This document shows, piece after piece, positions 26,687-35,912 of a stretch of 64,000 nucleotides of DNA. The notes beneath the pieces were generated by a model. It saw only the letters and a list, made by a program, of their open reading frames with translations. It was not told where the DNA came from and did no database searches. This DNA is from a bacterium (GTDB lineage: Bacteria; Patescibacteriota; Minisyncoccia; Moranbacterales; UBA2206), in assembly GCA_029567195.1 (NCBI GenBank), contig JAKQLJ010000023.1, positions 4,626 to 68,625 on the forward strand. Reading direction: 5' to 3'. The stretch's first letter is position 1. Each line of letters begins with the position of its first letter. The position numbers and the translations under genes are program-made.

Positions 26687-27670
26687 TTAGTAACGATAGC
26701 CAGTCTCTCTTTTTATTTTATTGGCTTCCCTTTGATGGTTTTCAGCGGATTTTTTATCGCCTATTGCTTGGTAAATGTTACTTAATGTCTGGTGGGATTT
26801 TAATATGGCATTGGAATAATTTAATTTTTCGGCTCTTTTCAGAGCTTCGTTGGCCAAAACCAAGGCTTTATCAATATTATCCGGCAAAAATCTTCTTACA
26901 CCTCCTTTGCCGGGGATACTGGTGATTGAGGCATAAGAATTGGCAGCTTCAATCATTGCTCTTGCAGCATCATATTCATCTCCACTTTCTTCCAAGTGTT
27001 TTACATATTTTTGATAGTCTTCCGTTTTCTCTTTCGGTTTTAAATCTTTATTATAAGTAAGACCAAAAAGAATTTTTCCTTCTAAAACCTTATCGTTAAG
27101 TTCTCGGGCGGAGCTCAATGCTGATTTATTGTGCTCAATAGCCATCTGGGGATTTTTAGCGGCTGTGCCTTCCCATGTGGACAAATCGTGTATCGCGCGA
27201 GCAAAAACGGTTTTATCCTTAAGCTTTTTTTCATTTTCAGAAATTACGGTAAGCAATCGAAAAAAGCGCCCATGATCTTTTAAATGATATGCAACGCCCA
27301 TCATTTCATTGAGAATGTGTTCCGGAAGATCAGCTTCCGAAAGCCATTTGAAAACTTCCTGGCTATCGATATCTTCCGAACAGATGTTTTTTTCCGGACC
27401 AAATTTTTCGCCAAACAAAAGATCAAAACTATTCCGAAGGGAAATTAGGCCCTTTCCTTTTTCTCTTCTGTCGAGAACAATGCTTCTTATTTTTTGGGGA
27501 TCGGAAAGTATATCTTTTATCTCGTCTAAATTTTTATTTTTTAAGTTTTCTCCCAGGCTACCGATTAATTCAATAGAACTTTGTTCCGGGGCAGGCTTCC
27601 ATTTTTCTGCCGGATTTTGGATATAAAATTCTGGCGATTTTGGCATAATATTATAATAAAGATATTTCAA
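26687..27670 (-). CDS. Hypothetical protein with TPR-like helical C-terminus
   Basis: Patterns such as AIEHNKSALSSARELND and LSNIYQAIGDKKSAENHQREA; start may be MPKSPE. Confidence 0.6.
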   Translation of the reverse strand: MKYLYYNIMPKSPEFYIQNPAEKWKPAPEQSSIELIGSLGENLKNKNLDEIKDILSDPQKIRSIVLDRREKGKGLISLRNSFDLLFGEKFGPEKNICSEDIDSQEVFKWLSEADLPEHILNEMMGVAYHLKDHGRFFRLLTVISENEKKLKDKTVFARAIHDLSTWEGTAAKNPQMAIEHNKSALSSARELNDKVLEGKILFGLTYNKDLKPKEKTEDYQKYVKHLEESGDEYDAARAMIEAANSYASITSIPGKGGVRRFLPDNIDKALVLANEALKRAEKLNYSNAILKSHQTLSNIYQAIGDKKSAENHQREANKIKRETGYRY

Positions 27671-27676
27671 ATAAAT

Positions 27677-28714
27677 TTATGAAATATTTTTAACTATTTT
27701 ATTCCCATAATTGGCTTCATAATATTTTTGATATTCTCCTGATTTAACATTTTTCCACCAGCTTTCATTATTTTTATACCATTCAACCGTCTTTTTGAGT
27801 CCTTCTTCAAAAGAAACTTCCGGCTGCCAGCCCAATTCATTCTTGATTTTGGTGGTGTCCATGGCATATCGCCGGTCATGTCCCGGGCGATCTTTGACAA
27901 ATTCAATCATTTCTTCTCCTTTTCCCGTAAGCGCCAATATTTTATAAGTCAGTTCCTTGTTGGTTTTCTCGCTGTTTCCGCCAATGCAATATGTCTCCCC
28001 TATTTTTCCCTTATGGATAATGACGTCGATGGCCTTGGCGTGATCTTCCACATAAAGCCAGTCGCGAACATTCATTCCATCGCCATAAAGCGGCACTTTT
28101 TTTCCTTCCAGGAGATTGGTTATAAAAAGAGGGATGACTTTTTCCGGGAATTGAAAAGGGCCATAGTTATTGGAACAATTGGAAATTGTCGCGGGAAGAT
28201 TGAAAGTATGGTAATAAGCTCTCACCAGATGGTCGGAGGCGGCTTTAGAAGCGCTGTAAGGGCTTCTGGGGTCATAAGACGTGTTTTCATTAAAGGCAGG
28301 GTCTTTCGGAGAAAGGGAGCCAAAAACCTCGTCGGTAGAAATATGGTGAAAGCGGATATTTCCGTTTTTTAGAGCCGATTTCAAAAGATTATGGGTGCCA
28401 ATAACGTTAGTAGTAATAAAATCGTCCGGATTAAGAATGGACCTATCCACATGAGATTCGGCGGCAAAATGGACAATTAAATCAATTTTTTCTTGGGAAA
28501 TTATATCATCCACCAGTTTTTCATCCCTGATGTCGCCTTTTATAAATTTATAATTGGGATTGTCTTCAACATCTTTTAGGTTTTCCAAATTTCCGGCATA
28601 AGTCAAAAGATCAAAATTACAGATCTTGTAATCCGGATATTTTGATAATATATAGCGGATAAAATTGGATCCGATAAATCCGGCTCCGCCTGTGACTAAA
28701 ATATTTTTACCCAT
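27677..28714 (-). CDS. rfbB: dTDP-glucose 4,6-dehydratase
   Basis: VTGGAGFIGSNF, LTYAGN, AAESHVDRSI, ISTDEVFG, YSASK, DRPGHDRRY. Confidence 0.97.
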   Translation of the reverse strand: MGKNILVTGGAGFIGSNFIRYILSKYPDYKICNFDLLTYAGNLENLKDVEDNPNYKFIKGDIRDEKLVDDIISQEKIDLIVHFAAESHVDRSILNPDDFITTNVIGTHNLLKSALKNGNIRFHHISTDEVFGSLSPKDPAFNENTSYDPRSPYSASKAASDHLVRAYYHTFNLPATISNCSNNYGPFQFPEKVIPLFITNLLEGKKVPLYGDGMNVRDWLYVEDHAKAIDVIIHKGKIGETYCIGGNSEKTNKELTYKILALTGKGEEMIEFVKDRPGHDRRYAMDTTKIKNELGWQPEVSFEEGLKKTVEWYKNNESWWKNVKSGEYQKYYEANYGNKIVKNIS

Positions 28715-28733
28715 AGCTTATTTATATCAATAT

Positions 28734-29279
28734 TTAAAAAGGAGAATTAAAATCATTGAACTGGGGATGAGTTTTGTCTTTTTCGCTCAGAATAGGCTCT
28801 TTTATCGGCCAGCTAATGTTAAGCGTCAGATCATTCCAAATAATTCCGCCTTCTGACTGGGGAGAATAAAAATTGTCGCATTTATATTGAACCTCGGTGT
28901 TATCCTCAAGAGTCATAAATCCGTGGGCAAAACCTTGGGGAACGTAAAGCATATCAAAATTTTTGGCCGAGAGATGGTGGCCTTCCCATTGTCCGAAAGT
29001 TTTGGAATTTTTCCGAATATCAACTATGACATCGTAAATCGCGCCCTTGGTAACTCGAATCAGTTTGGCTTGGGCAAGTGGCGGTTTTTGAAAATGCAGT
29101 CCTCGGAGCACTCCCTTGGAAGCGGACATTGAATGGTTGTCCTGAACGAACTCCTGGCTGATTCCGTTTTCGGCAAAAATTTTCTTGGAGTAGTTTTCCA
29201 TAAAAAATCCCCGAGAATCGCCAAAAACCTTTGGTTTTACAAGATAAACACCTTCAATTTTTGTTTTAACAAACTCCAT
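28734..29279 (-). CDS. rfbC: dTDP-4-dehydrorhamnose 3,5-epimerase
   Basis: FGDSRGFF, VQDNHS, LRGLHFQ, GFAHGF. Confidence 0.97.
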   Translation of the reverse strand: MEFVKTKIEGVYLVKPKVFGDSRGFFMENYSKKIFAENGISQEFVQDNHSMSASKGVLRGLHFQKPPLAQAKLIRVTKGAIYDVIVDIRKNSKTFGQWEGHHLSAKNFDMLYVPQGFAHGFMTLEDNTEVQYKCDNFYSPQSEGGIIWNDLTLNISWPIKEPILSEKDKTHPQFNDFNSPF

Positions 29280-29396
29280 GATTTTAAAAGATAAATTAAT
29301 TAAGTTAGGCTAATGTAATGATAATATAAATTATAGCCAAAAGCAAAAGCAGTCCTGCCTGAGCAGAACCGCTTTTTTGTTGACGCGGATGGCTTT

Positions 29397-30746
29397 TTAT
29401 TTCAATTTCCAATCTTGTTTTATCTCTACTTCAATTGTTTTTCTTGATCCGTCTTTGCCGATAACCGTTACTTTTCCCGGAATTTGGCTGACGCCGGATT
29501 GCTTCTGAATCATTAAATTATAGTTTTCGGTGTCGATATCAGAAGGCAGAGTATAATTAAATTCAATGGTTTTAGTTTCTCCCAGCGGCACATTAACAAG
29601 AGTCCCAAAATATTTTTTATCGAGTTCTTTTCCGAATCTCACTTCCGAAGTATTCTGGGAATTTACAAGCCAAGAATTAGCCGGCACATAAAGGCGGAAA
29701 TAGGTCAGATAATTTTTTGTCATCCAGTCTTTTTCTTTGGCGGTATGGTTATAGGTAATTTTCAGATTGGCCTCCGGAACGTTTTTGGACAGATCTACCG
29801 TATATTCAAAAGATCTTTTCATATAGTAGTCGCTTTTCAGCGATCCCATATTGGCATCAACCATCATTAAATAATCTTCGTTTCCGTTCTTTTCCATTTC
29901 TCCGTTCCAATTAGCATCATGGGCGTGCCTTTCCATTTCCGAATTTTTAAAATACAATTGAATATCCTTGTTTTTTAGATCTTCCAAAATTATTTTTGCC
30001 AATTCCAATTTTTGAGCATTGCCGAGAGTAGAAACTCTTTTCAAAACTTCCTTGGCCAATCCGTTCATTACGGATTTTCTTTCCCCTCTTTCAATGCCTT
30101 GTTTGGCATAGCCTTGTTCTACCTGGTATTCCAAATTCAAAATAGCATTTTCGCTGCTATAAGTTCCCGGGTAACCTTCAATTTCCACCGGTCCGGTTAC
30201 TTTTAAAAAGGATGTCAGAACATTGGAATTGATGGCAATGATACCATCCAGTTTTTCTTGTCCCTGTCCCATTCGGTAAAATTCTTCCGCCTTTTTGGCG
30301 TTGGTGGGAAAATCAGGAGAAAAATTGGAATCACGAAGTTTCCAAGAATTAATTCTTAATGTTTCCTTCATCGGATATGGCGGAGAAACGGTATCAGGAA
30401 TACGGCCGTCAAAATTAGACAAGTCGTGAGTTTCCATTTTCAGAATTTCTCCGTTTTTGATGGTCAATATTCCGAAAGAGCCGATATATCCCCCGCCCGG
30501 ACGGATTTCCATATTGTTTTGAAAAAGCACTAAAAAAGTTTTTTCTTCGTTGTCTTTTTTCAAAATATAACCGGCCAAATGTCCCAGAGTCTTGTTTTCT
30601 TCGCTGAACGGCAAAAATTCAACCGCATCTTCAACAACTCCGTAGCCTTTATTATAAATCTGCCAAAAAGCATACCAGCAGCCTAAAAAGACGATGGATA
30701 ATGACCAAAATATAATCCAGAATTTTTTGCTTCTTTTTTTGCCCAT
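29397..30746 (-). CDS. DUF4012-domain membrane-anchored protein
   Basis: LVLFQNNMEIRPGGGYIGS, LRDSNFSPDFP, DGIIAI, ANMGSLKSD, RLYVP, QKQSG. Confidence 0.82.
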   Translation of the reverse strand: MGKKRSKKFWIIFWSLSIVFLGCWYAFWQIYNKGYGVVEDAVEFLPFSEENKTLGHLAGYILKKDNEEKTFLVLFQNNMEIRPGGGYIGSFGILTIKNGEILKMETHDLSNFDGRIPDTVSPPYPMKETLRINSWKLRDSNFSPDFPTNAKKAEEFYRMGQGQEKLDGIIAINSNVLTSFLKVTGPVEIEGYPGTYSSENAILNLEYQVEQGYAKQGIERGERKSVMNGLAKEVLKRVSTLGNAQKLELAKIILEDLKNKDIQLYFKNSEMERHAHDANWNGEMEKNGNEDYLMMVDANMGSLKSDYYMKRSFEYTVDLSKNVPEANLKITYNHTAKEKDWMTKNYLTYFRLYVPANSWLVNSQNTSEVRFGKELDKKYFGTLVNVPLGETKTIEFNYTLPSDIDTENYNLMIQKQSGVSQIPGKVTVIGKDGSRKTIEVEIKQDWKLK

Positions 30747-30750
30747 AAAA

Positions 30751-31701
30751 TTATAATTTTCCCATTAACAATTTATTTATCCTTTCCTTCACTTCTTCCG
30801 GAGTGGCTTCTCTGAATACGTCTTTTTCTGTTTGAATCTCTGCAACAGGCTCGGAAACCTTTTCTTCTTCTTTGCTATTATACAATTTTTCTTTTACCTG
30901 CCAAAGCGCTGATTCATCGGCGATAGGAAGATTGGAAGGCGCAAAGCTTTTTTTGGATCCAACAATCTTTTCCGTTTCTGTTTGAGCTGGAATTTTAAAA
31001 ACTTCTGCTTTTTTTTCTTCTGCAACCGCTTTCTCTTCTGGTTTGGAAGCTCTGAATCTTTTGGAAAAATCAGGCAATTTTTCCCAGTTAAAAGGTTTGT
31101 AGGCCTTTTTGGGAGAAAATGTTTTAGGGGAAGAAAAAAGTTTGGAAATTTCTTCTACCAAAAATCCTGCCAAAAGACCCAAAAGCAAGCTTTTTAATAT
31201 AGACCAATACAAGTTTTGAGAAAAACTGGGCTTAACTGCTGGTTCACCAACAATTTCTACTGACAATTCATTTTTTATGTTATAAAGTCGGGTTATTTCT
31301 CCGGTTAAATTTCTTCCCGTTTGGGCGACTATAGTTTGTGCTTGTCGCGGATTCTTATCCAAAACGCGGATTTCCACAAGGCCTCCCTCGCCTTTTTGGC
31401 TTGCTACTATCTTATTTTTCCAATAAGCCTCTCTTTTCTTTTCCGGCAAGGCTTCTGCCGCGTCAATAACATCCTCGTTGCTTTTTATAAGTTTGTTGTA
31501 AAAAGAAAGAGTGGTTGGGATTTTGGAAACTTCCCCGGCAATTTGAACAATGTTTTCGCTGATAGCTTCATTTTGGGGAATGAGAGCCAAAGTTAATTTG
31601 GCTTCAAAGGCTTGATTTTTGTTTGTAAACGCCAAAAATAGCGCTAATCCGATAGCGATGGAAGAAAACAAAAAAATATTTAAATCTTGCCTTGTTTTCA
31701 T
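30751..31701 (-). CDS. Wzz/CapA-like two-TM polysaccharide co-polymerase with charged C-terminal tail
   Basis: Two TMs flanking an extracytoplasmic domain; LVEIRVLDKNPRQAQTIV. Confidence 0.6.
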   Translation of the reverse strand: MKTRQDLNIFLFSSIAIGLALFLAFTNKNQAFEAKLTLALIPQNEAISENIVQIAGEVSKIPTTLSFYNKLIKSNEDVIDAAEALPEKKREAYWKNKIVASQKGEGGLVEIRVLDKNPRQAQTIVAQTGRNLTGEITRLYNIKNELSVEIVGEPAVKPSFSQNLYWSILKSLLLGLLAGFLVEEISKLFSSPKTFSPKKAYKPFNWEKLPDFSKRFRASKPEEKAVAEEKKAEVFKIPAQTETEKIVGSKKSFAPSNLPIADESALWQVKEKLYNSKEEEKVSEPVAEIQTEKDVFREATPEEVKERINKLLMGKL

Positions 31702-31824
31702 GCTGTTTATTTATATAAATCTAACAGACAATACTAGCACTAAATGAAGAAATTGTCAAATGAGGAAAAAATAAAAAACACCGGCCTCGGGCAGTGTTTT
31801 AATCAACAAGGCATTTTCGCTCAT

Positions 31825-32406
31825 TTAAGGGCTGTTCTTAATTTCCTCTATTTGCCATCTTAGGTCATATTGGGCCCTTTTGGCCAATTCATAACTATCC
31901 CGGGAAAAATTTGGCGAATATAGAATTTCTTCCATTCCTCTGGTAAATCGCCCGGCTTTTAGGGGTAAATCTTGGGTTTTATGAAAATAATTGTCAATTG
32001 TCTTTGCTCGTCCGGGATATAATTGAAGGGAGAAATCATTGCTATATTCCCAAAATTCCCTTTGAATTTGAATGGCGTTTTTTTCTAGCAGTTTTATTTG
32101 TTCGAATATCTCCTCCTTTTTTTCCAGAGTCAGGACTGTCTTTTTTTTGAGGAGAGGCAAATCCGTCTCCAGTGACTGGAGGGTGACATCCATTTCTTCA
32201 ATTATTTTTTCAGCCTTATCTTTATGGATAATTTGTTCGCTAATAATTTGCTGACTTATAGTTTCTGCTGTTTTTTGAACGGTTAGTTGTATTATTCGAT
32301 AAGTCAAAAGAAAAAGCATTGCGGTATCAAGGACGAAAAAAGCGATCAAAAATATTTTGGATCCAGTGATAGCTTTAAATTTTTTCTTAATTTGCTTCTT
32401 TTTCAT
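31825..32406 (-). CDS. Hypothetical single-TM helical protein
   Basis: Long ORF, basic N-terminus plus TM, helical body. Confidence 0.6.
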   Translation of the reverse strand: MKKKQIKKKFKAITGSKIFLIAFFVLDTAMLFLLTYRIIQLTVQKTAETISQQIISEQIIHKDKAEKIIEEMDVTLQSLETDLPLLKKKTVLTLEKKEEIFEQIKLLEKNAIQIQREFWEYSNDFSLQLYPGRAKTIDNYFHKTQDLPLKAGRFTRGMEEILYSPNFSRDSYELAKRAQYDLRWQIEEIKNSP

Positions 32407-32451
32407 TTTCAGGGCTTAATTAATGCCTTTTGTCTTTTAATATAGCGGCTA

Positions 32452-32480
32452 TTGACAAAATTGGCAAGATGGTGTAAGAT
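32452..32480 (+). promoter_or_regulatory. Sigma70-type promoter
   Basis: TTGACA-17-TAAGAT upstream of 32506. Confidence 0.55.
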
Positions 32481-32505
32481 AGACGGTTAAGATAATTAAA
32501 TTCAT

Positions 32506-33177
32506 ATGGACAAATTTATGGCTCAAAACAAGGAAATAACCGCTAAAACCATCATCCGAAACTGGAGATTTATCCTGATTTCAATGGCGCTTTTTGCCTC
32601 TGTGGCCTTTTTTGTGAGCACTATAATTGCTCCAAAATATGAAAGCCAGACTCAAATTTTGATTTTGCAGAAGAATATGGAAATTGATGCCTATAGATCT
32701 GCCAAGGCTTCAGAATTTGCCGGTGAGGTTTTAAAACGAGTTATCAATTCTTCTGAATTTATGAACGGAGTTCTGGCTACTTCCGGAACCAGCATCTATA
32801 AATTCGGAGAAACTCCGGAAGACCAATTGAAAAATTGGGCAAAAACAGTAAAGGTTTCTTCCGTGGTTAACACCGGAATAGTCAAGATTACCGTTTTGGA
32901 TGAAAGCAAAAAAGAAAACAAGAAATTAATGGAAACTGTTTTGGCTGAACTCTTGAATGATAACGGCGCCAAATATCATGGCAATGGCAATATAAATCTC
33001 AAGAAAATTGGTGGACCGGTTTATTTTGAAGACCCGGCTTTCCCAGTTATCTGGCTAAATGTTATAATTGCGGCGGTGATTGGTTTGTTTTTCTCGCTCG
33101 GAGTGATATTCATTAAGGGCGAAAAAATAGGCAGCTGGTTTTCTGATGAAAATATTGAATATAACGATAATTTCTAA
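32506..33177 (+). CDS. Wzz/CapA (YveK/CpsC-like) chain-length determinant
   Basis: IIRNWRFILI, PKYESQTQIL, TGIVKITV, P..WLNVIIAAVIGL. Confidence 0.75.
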   Translation: MDKFMAQNKEITAKTIIRNWRFILISMALFASVAFFVSTIIAPKYESQTQILILQKNMEIDAYRSAKASEFAGEVLKRVINSSEFMNGVLATSGTSIYKFGETPEDQLKNWAKTVKVSSVVNTGIVKITVLDESKKENKKLMETVLAELLNDNGAKYHGNGNINLKKIGGPVYFEDPAFPVIWLNVIIAAVIGLFFSLGVIFIKGEKIGSWFSDENIEYNDNF

Positions 33178-33293
33178 ACTTGTTTTTCTTCAGGCTGTAA
33201 AAAATACAATTTTACAGCCCACAAGAAGCGCAAGCTTCGTGAATTTCTGGCAATAATGCCGGAAAAAGATGACGAAAATAAAAGGAGGATTTT

Positions 33294-33644
33294 ATGAGTT
33301 CATTGAAAGTTGTTGTAGCAGTTGTAGTTTTTTTGGCAACGGTTTTTTTCTCTGGTGTCGGAGTGTCGGAAGCTGGCAGGAAGTTTGATCCACAGAACAA
33401 TTTCCGGCATGATGCTTCCACCAAAACCGGAATGGACAGAGACGAGGCCAACAATTCGGTCCGGGGGCCAAACGGTTCTGAAAAGGCGCCCAAGGTTCCA
33501 AGCAAGAAGGCTCCGGTTATCATTAATGATTCACCGGGCGTTCGCAAGATTCAGATTGGAGACGAACCGGGCGTTCGGAAGGTTCCCATCCATGACGATA
33601 ACCAAAACTGTCAGCAGTTCGTTCCGAACAACTGCTGCCAGTAG
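33294..33644 (+). CDS. Small secreted hypothetical protein with 11-aa repeat and Cys-rich tail
   Basis: AAGGAGG SD, signal peptide ending SEA, PGVRK x2, terminator after the stop. Confidence 0.7.
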   Translation: MSSLKVVVAVVVFLATVFFSGVGVSEAGRKFDPQNNFRHDASTKTGMDRDEANNSVRGPNGSEKAPKVPSKKAPVIINDSPGVRKIQIGDEPGVRKVPIHDDNQNCQQFVPNNCCQ

Positions 33645-33646
33645 CC

Positions 33647-33684
33647 TTTGTAACCTTGGGGTGTAAAAACCCCAAGGTTACAAA
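33647..33684 (+). terminator. Perfect long hairpin, terminator-like
   Basis: TTTGTAACCTTGGGGT/ACCCCAAGGTTACAAA. Confidence 0.7.
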
Positions 33685-33724
33685 ATTAATTTAAAATTCA
33701 ATATCAGTTGTTTTTTATACTATA

Positions 33725-33753
33725 TTGACAACATAATATTTTAGGAGTATAAT
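33725..33753 (+). promoter_or_regulatory. Consensus sigma70 promoter
   Basis: TTGACA-17-TATAAT exact. Confidence 0.8.
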
Positions 33754-33931
33754 GAGTTGTTGGAAATGCGAATATTGCTTTTCTTTAGGAATTTTTATAT
33801 AATTTAAGAATTTCAAAAGAAGCGCAATATATTATATTGGCTTCATGGTTCATTGAGCAAGTTTTATTCAAAGGCTGGAATGTTTCCAGCCGGAGAATTT
33901 AACGAAAAATGGCAAACAGGAGGAAAAAGCC

Positions 33932-34336
33932 ATGAAAAAGATCAGTATTCTGTTGGTGTTGGTGTGTTTTGTCGTGGCGGCGGCCGTTCCGGCTTTCGCT
34001 CAACAGCCCCCGAGGGGGATGAAGACCGCTCGGACGTATATCACGCCGAGTGGTGGACATTCTTCGGAGTCCAGGGATGCCGTTCGCGTGGACGGATTCC
34101 GGGTTGGCTTCTGGGGAGCACCGTGCTGCCCCATGGACAAGCCTGGGATGCTTCAGCGATGGGTGTGCGATGAAAATGAAATTTTCAATGCCATTTTCAC
34201 CACCGAAGCTGAGGCCAAGGAGTTCATCAGGAATCCCCAAAGAGGGAGATCCTGGAGATCGGCCATAGACAATACCCCGCTTGTTCCCGATCCCAGCGCT
34301 CCCAAGGCCCGGCAAGCAACCTTGCCCATGAAGTAA
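33932..34336 (+). CDS. Secreted hypothetical protein
   Basis: AGGAGG SD, signal peptide ending AFA, higher GC, terminator at 34346-34384. Confidence 0.72.
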   Translation: MKKISILLVLVCFVVAAAVPAFAQQPPRGMKTARTYITPSGGHSSESRDAVRVDGFRVGFWGAPCCPMDKPGMLQRWVCDENEIFNAIFTTEAEAKEFIRNPQRGRSWRSAIDNTPLVPDPSAPKARQATLPMK

Positions 34337-34345
34337 CATCTTTCA

Positions 34346-34384
34346 GACCCCCCGGCCGGATTTCCGGTTCGGGGGTCGTTTTTT
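34346..34384 (+). terminator. Intrinsic terminator
   Basis: GACCCCC..CCGGA/TCCGG..GGGGGTC followed by T-run. Confidence 0.7.
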
Positions 34385-34398
34385 ATAGGAGATAGCCC

Positions 34399-34752
34399 AT
34401 GGCAATAAAGGTAGTTTTTCGACCGGGGAGATGGAGAGGAACGCCCAAAAAGGGCACAATGACACCGCGAAAGAGTGTCGGATGGGTTAAGGACAGCGCT
34501 GGAGACGAATGGGAAGTTCTTTTCTGGCAAGTGAAAAACAAGTTGTCAGCCGCCCAATTTCTCATTCGCGCTGACCTTTCCGTAGGAAGAAAGATATTTT
34601 TCTCCACAGAAGAGGAAGCGCGAGCATGGTTGGCCAATCCGATTCTTCCGACGCTGGAAGAAATCAAGAAAGAATTGGCCAAATGCGAGTGGCATGAACC
34701 CAGCAAGGGTCTCATTCAGGTATGGATGGACTTCTGGCGGGAGGAAGAATAG
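34399..34752 (+). CDS. Hypothetical Trp-rich protein
   Basis: AGGAG SD, terminator after the stop. Confidence 0.65.
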   Translation: MAIKVVFRPGRWRGTPKKGTMTPRKSVGWVKDSAGDEWEVLFWQVKNKLSAAQFLIRADLSVGRKIFFSTEEEARAWLANPILPTLEEIKKELAKCEWHEPSKGLIQVWMDFWREEE

Positions 34753-34756
34753 CAGT

Positions 34757-34795
34757 AAATCCCCGGAGAGAATAATCTCTTCCGGGGATTTTTTT
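34757..34795 (+). terminator. Intrinsic terminator
   Basis: AAATCCCCGGAGAG/CTCTTCCGGGGATTT plus T-run. Confidence 0.8.
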
Positions 34796-34925
34796 AAGAA
34801 GGAAATTTGGCAAATTTTTTATTGATTATTGACAGGAATGCATAATTGGTGTAGTATTCAATATCAAAGAATGTTGGCTCGATGTAAGGTTGCTTTGAAA
34901 AATACAGGAAAAAAGGAGAAAGTTT

Positions 34926-35753
34926 ATGAAAAAAGTTCTTTTTATTTTGGTTGTTTTAGCTCTGGCAATGGCAGTCGGGACGGATGTTTTTGCGGCATTC
35001 AATCCGCCGCTCGTAAGAGGAGAGACTTATTTCCTGAAAAACCCCAATCCGTGGGATGGAGATCCGGTGTATTTCGGTCTAAATTATCGGGTCAGGGAGG
35101 GAAACAATCCTCTTGAGGTGGAACGCATGATAGCATGCGTTCCCGCCAAAGATTTGTTTAACGACGAAAGTCGTGGAAACGAACTTTTGGTTGTTCCCTG
35201 GATCACTGGCGTACACCCGGACGAAAGCGACGTAAATCACCTGAGGGGTATGTGGCTCACGGAAGCTGGATGCTTTTCTTGCGAAGGCAGGAGCGCATAC
35301 CAGTCGGCCAGGTTCATGGACGGGAAAAGCACTTACGACAAAGTGCTGAAGGGAACGGATCGGGTAAATATTTACCCCAGGATGGTCCTTCCCGGTTCAT
35401 CCGCTCCTGGAACCCTTTTATCCTGGATGAGAAACCATGTCTATTGGACGAGACTTTTCGGGGGGCATTATTCCGGTTTTTCTTTTAGGATAAAGGAGAA
35501 CCGGACTCCGGCAGATGTGGAAATCATGGTCCTTTGTGTCGGTGGCGTTCCGACTCCTTGGATTAGTGGGATTCGCCTCCTTCAAAAGGATCTTGTCGCG
35601 TTAAGAGCCCTTTACGGTTCAGGATGTTTCACCTGCGCTGGAGTGCCGGAATACGGTCTGGCTGTTCCGACAGACGGGCGTGACGATCCTTATGTGAGAC
35701 GTTACAGAAAACCGACAGGGGTTCCCAAGATTTCTTTTCCGTCCAATCCATAA
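34926..35753 (+). CDS. Secreted hypothetical protein with internal duplication and two GCFxC motifs
   Basis: TTGACA-17-TAGTAT promoter at ~34829, AAGGAG SD, signal peptide ending VFA. Confidence 0.75.
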   Translation: MKKVLFILVVLALAMAVGTDVFAAFNPPLVRGETYFLKNPNPWDGDPVYFGLNYRVREGNNPLEVERMIACVPAKDLFNDESRGNELLVVPWITGVHPDESDVNHLRGMWLTEAGCFSCEGRSAYQSARFMDGKSTYDKVLKGTDRVNIYPRMVLPGSSAPGTLLSWMRNHVYWTRLFGGHYSGFSFRIKENRTPADVEIMVLCVGGVPTPWISGIRLLQKDLVALRALYGSGCFTCAGVPEYGLAVPTDGRDDPYVRRYRKPTGVPKISFPSNP

Positions 35754-35769
35754 GGGCCAGCGCGACCAG

Positions 35770-35807
35770 CGGCCGAATTTTCCAAAAGGAAGTTCGGCCG
35801 TTTTTTT
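35770..35807 (+). terminator. Intrinsic terminator
   Basis: CGGCCGAATTTTCC/GGAAGTTCGGCCG plus T7. Confidence 0.8.
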
Positions 35808-35912
35808 ATCGCAAATTTTTCGGACGCAAAAAATCAGGTTCAAACGCCTGCTTTTTTTGTATTTCAATATTCAATAAAAAGTATTATTTTTCCCTCAAGT
35901 GGCTTAATTTTG

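Noticed and set aside
33647..33684. attC site (AAC...GTT core)
   Set aside because: Too short, perfect stem without extrahelical bases, poor RYYYAAC/GTTRRRY match, no integrase
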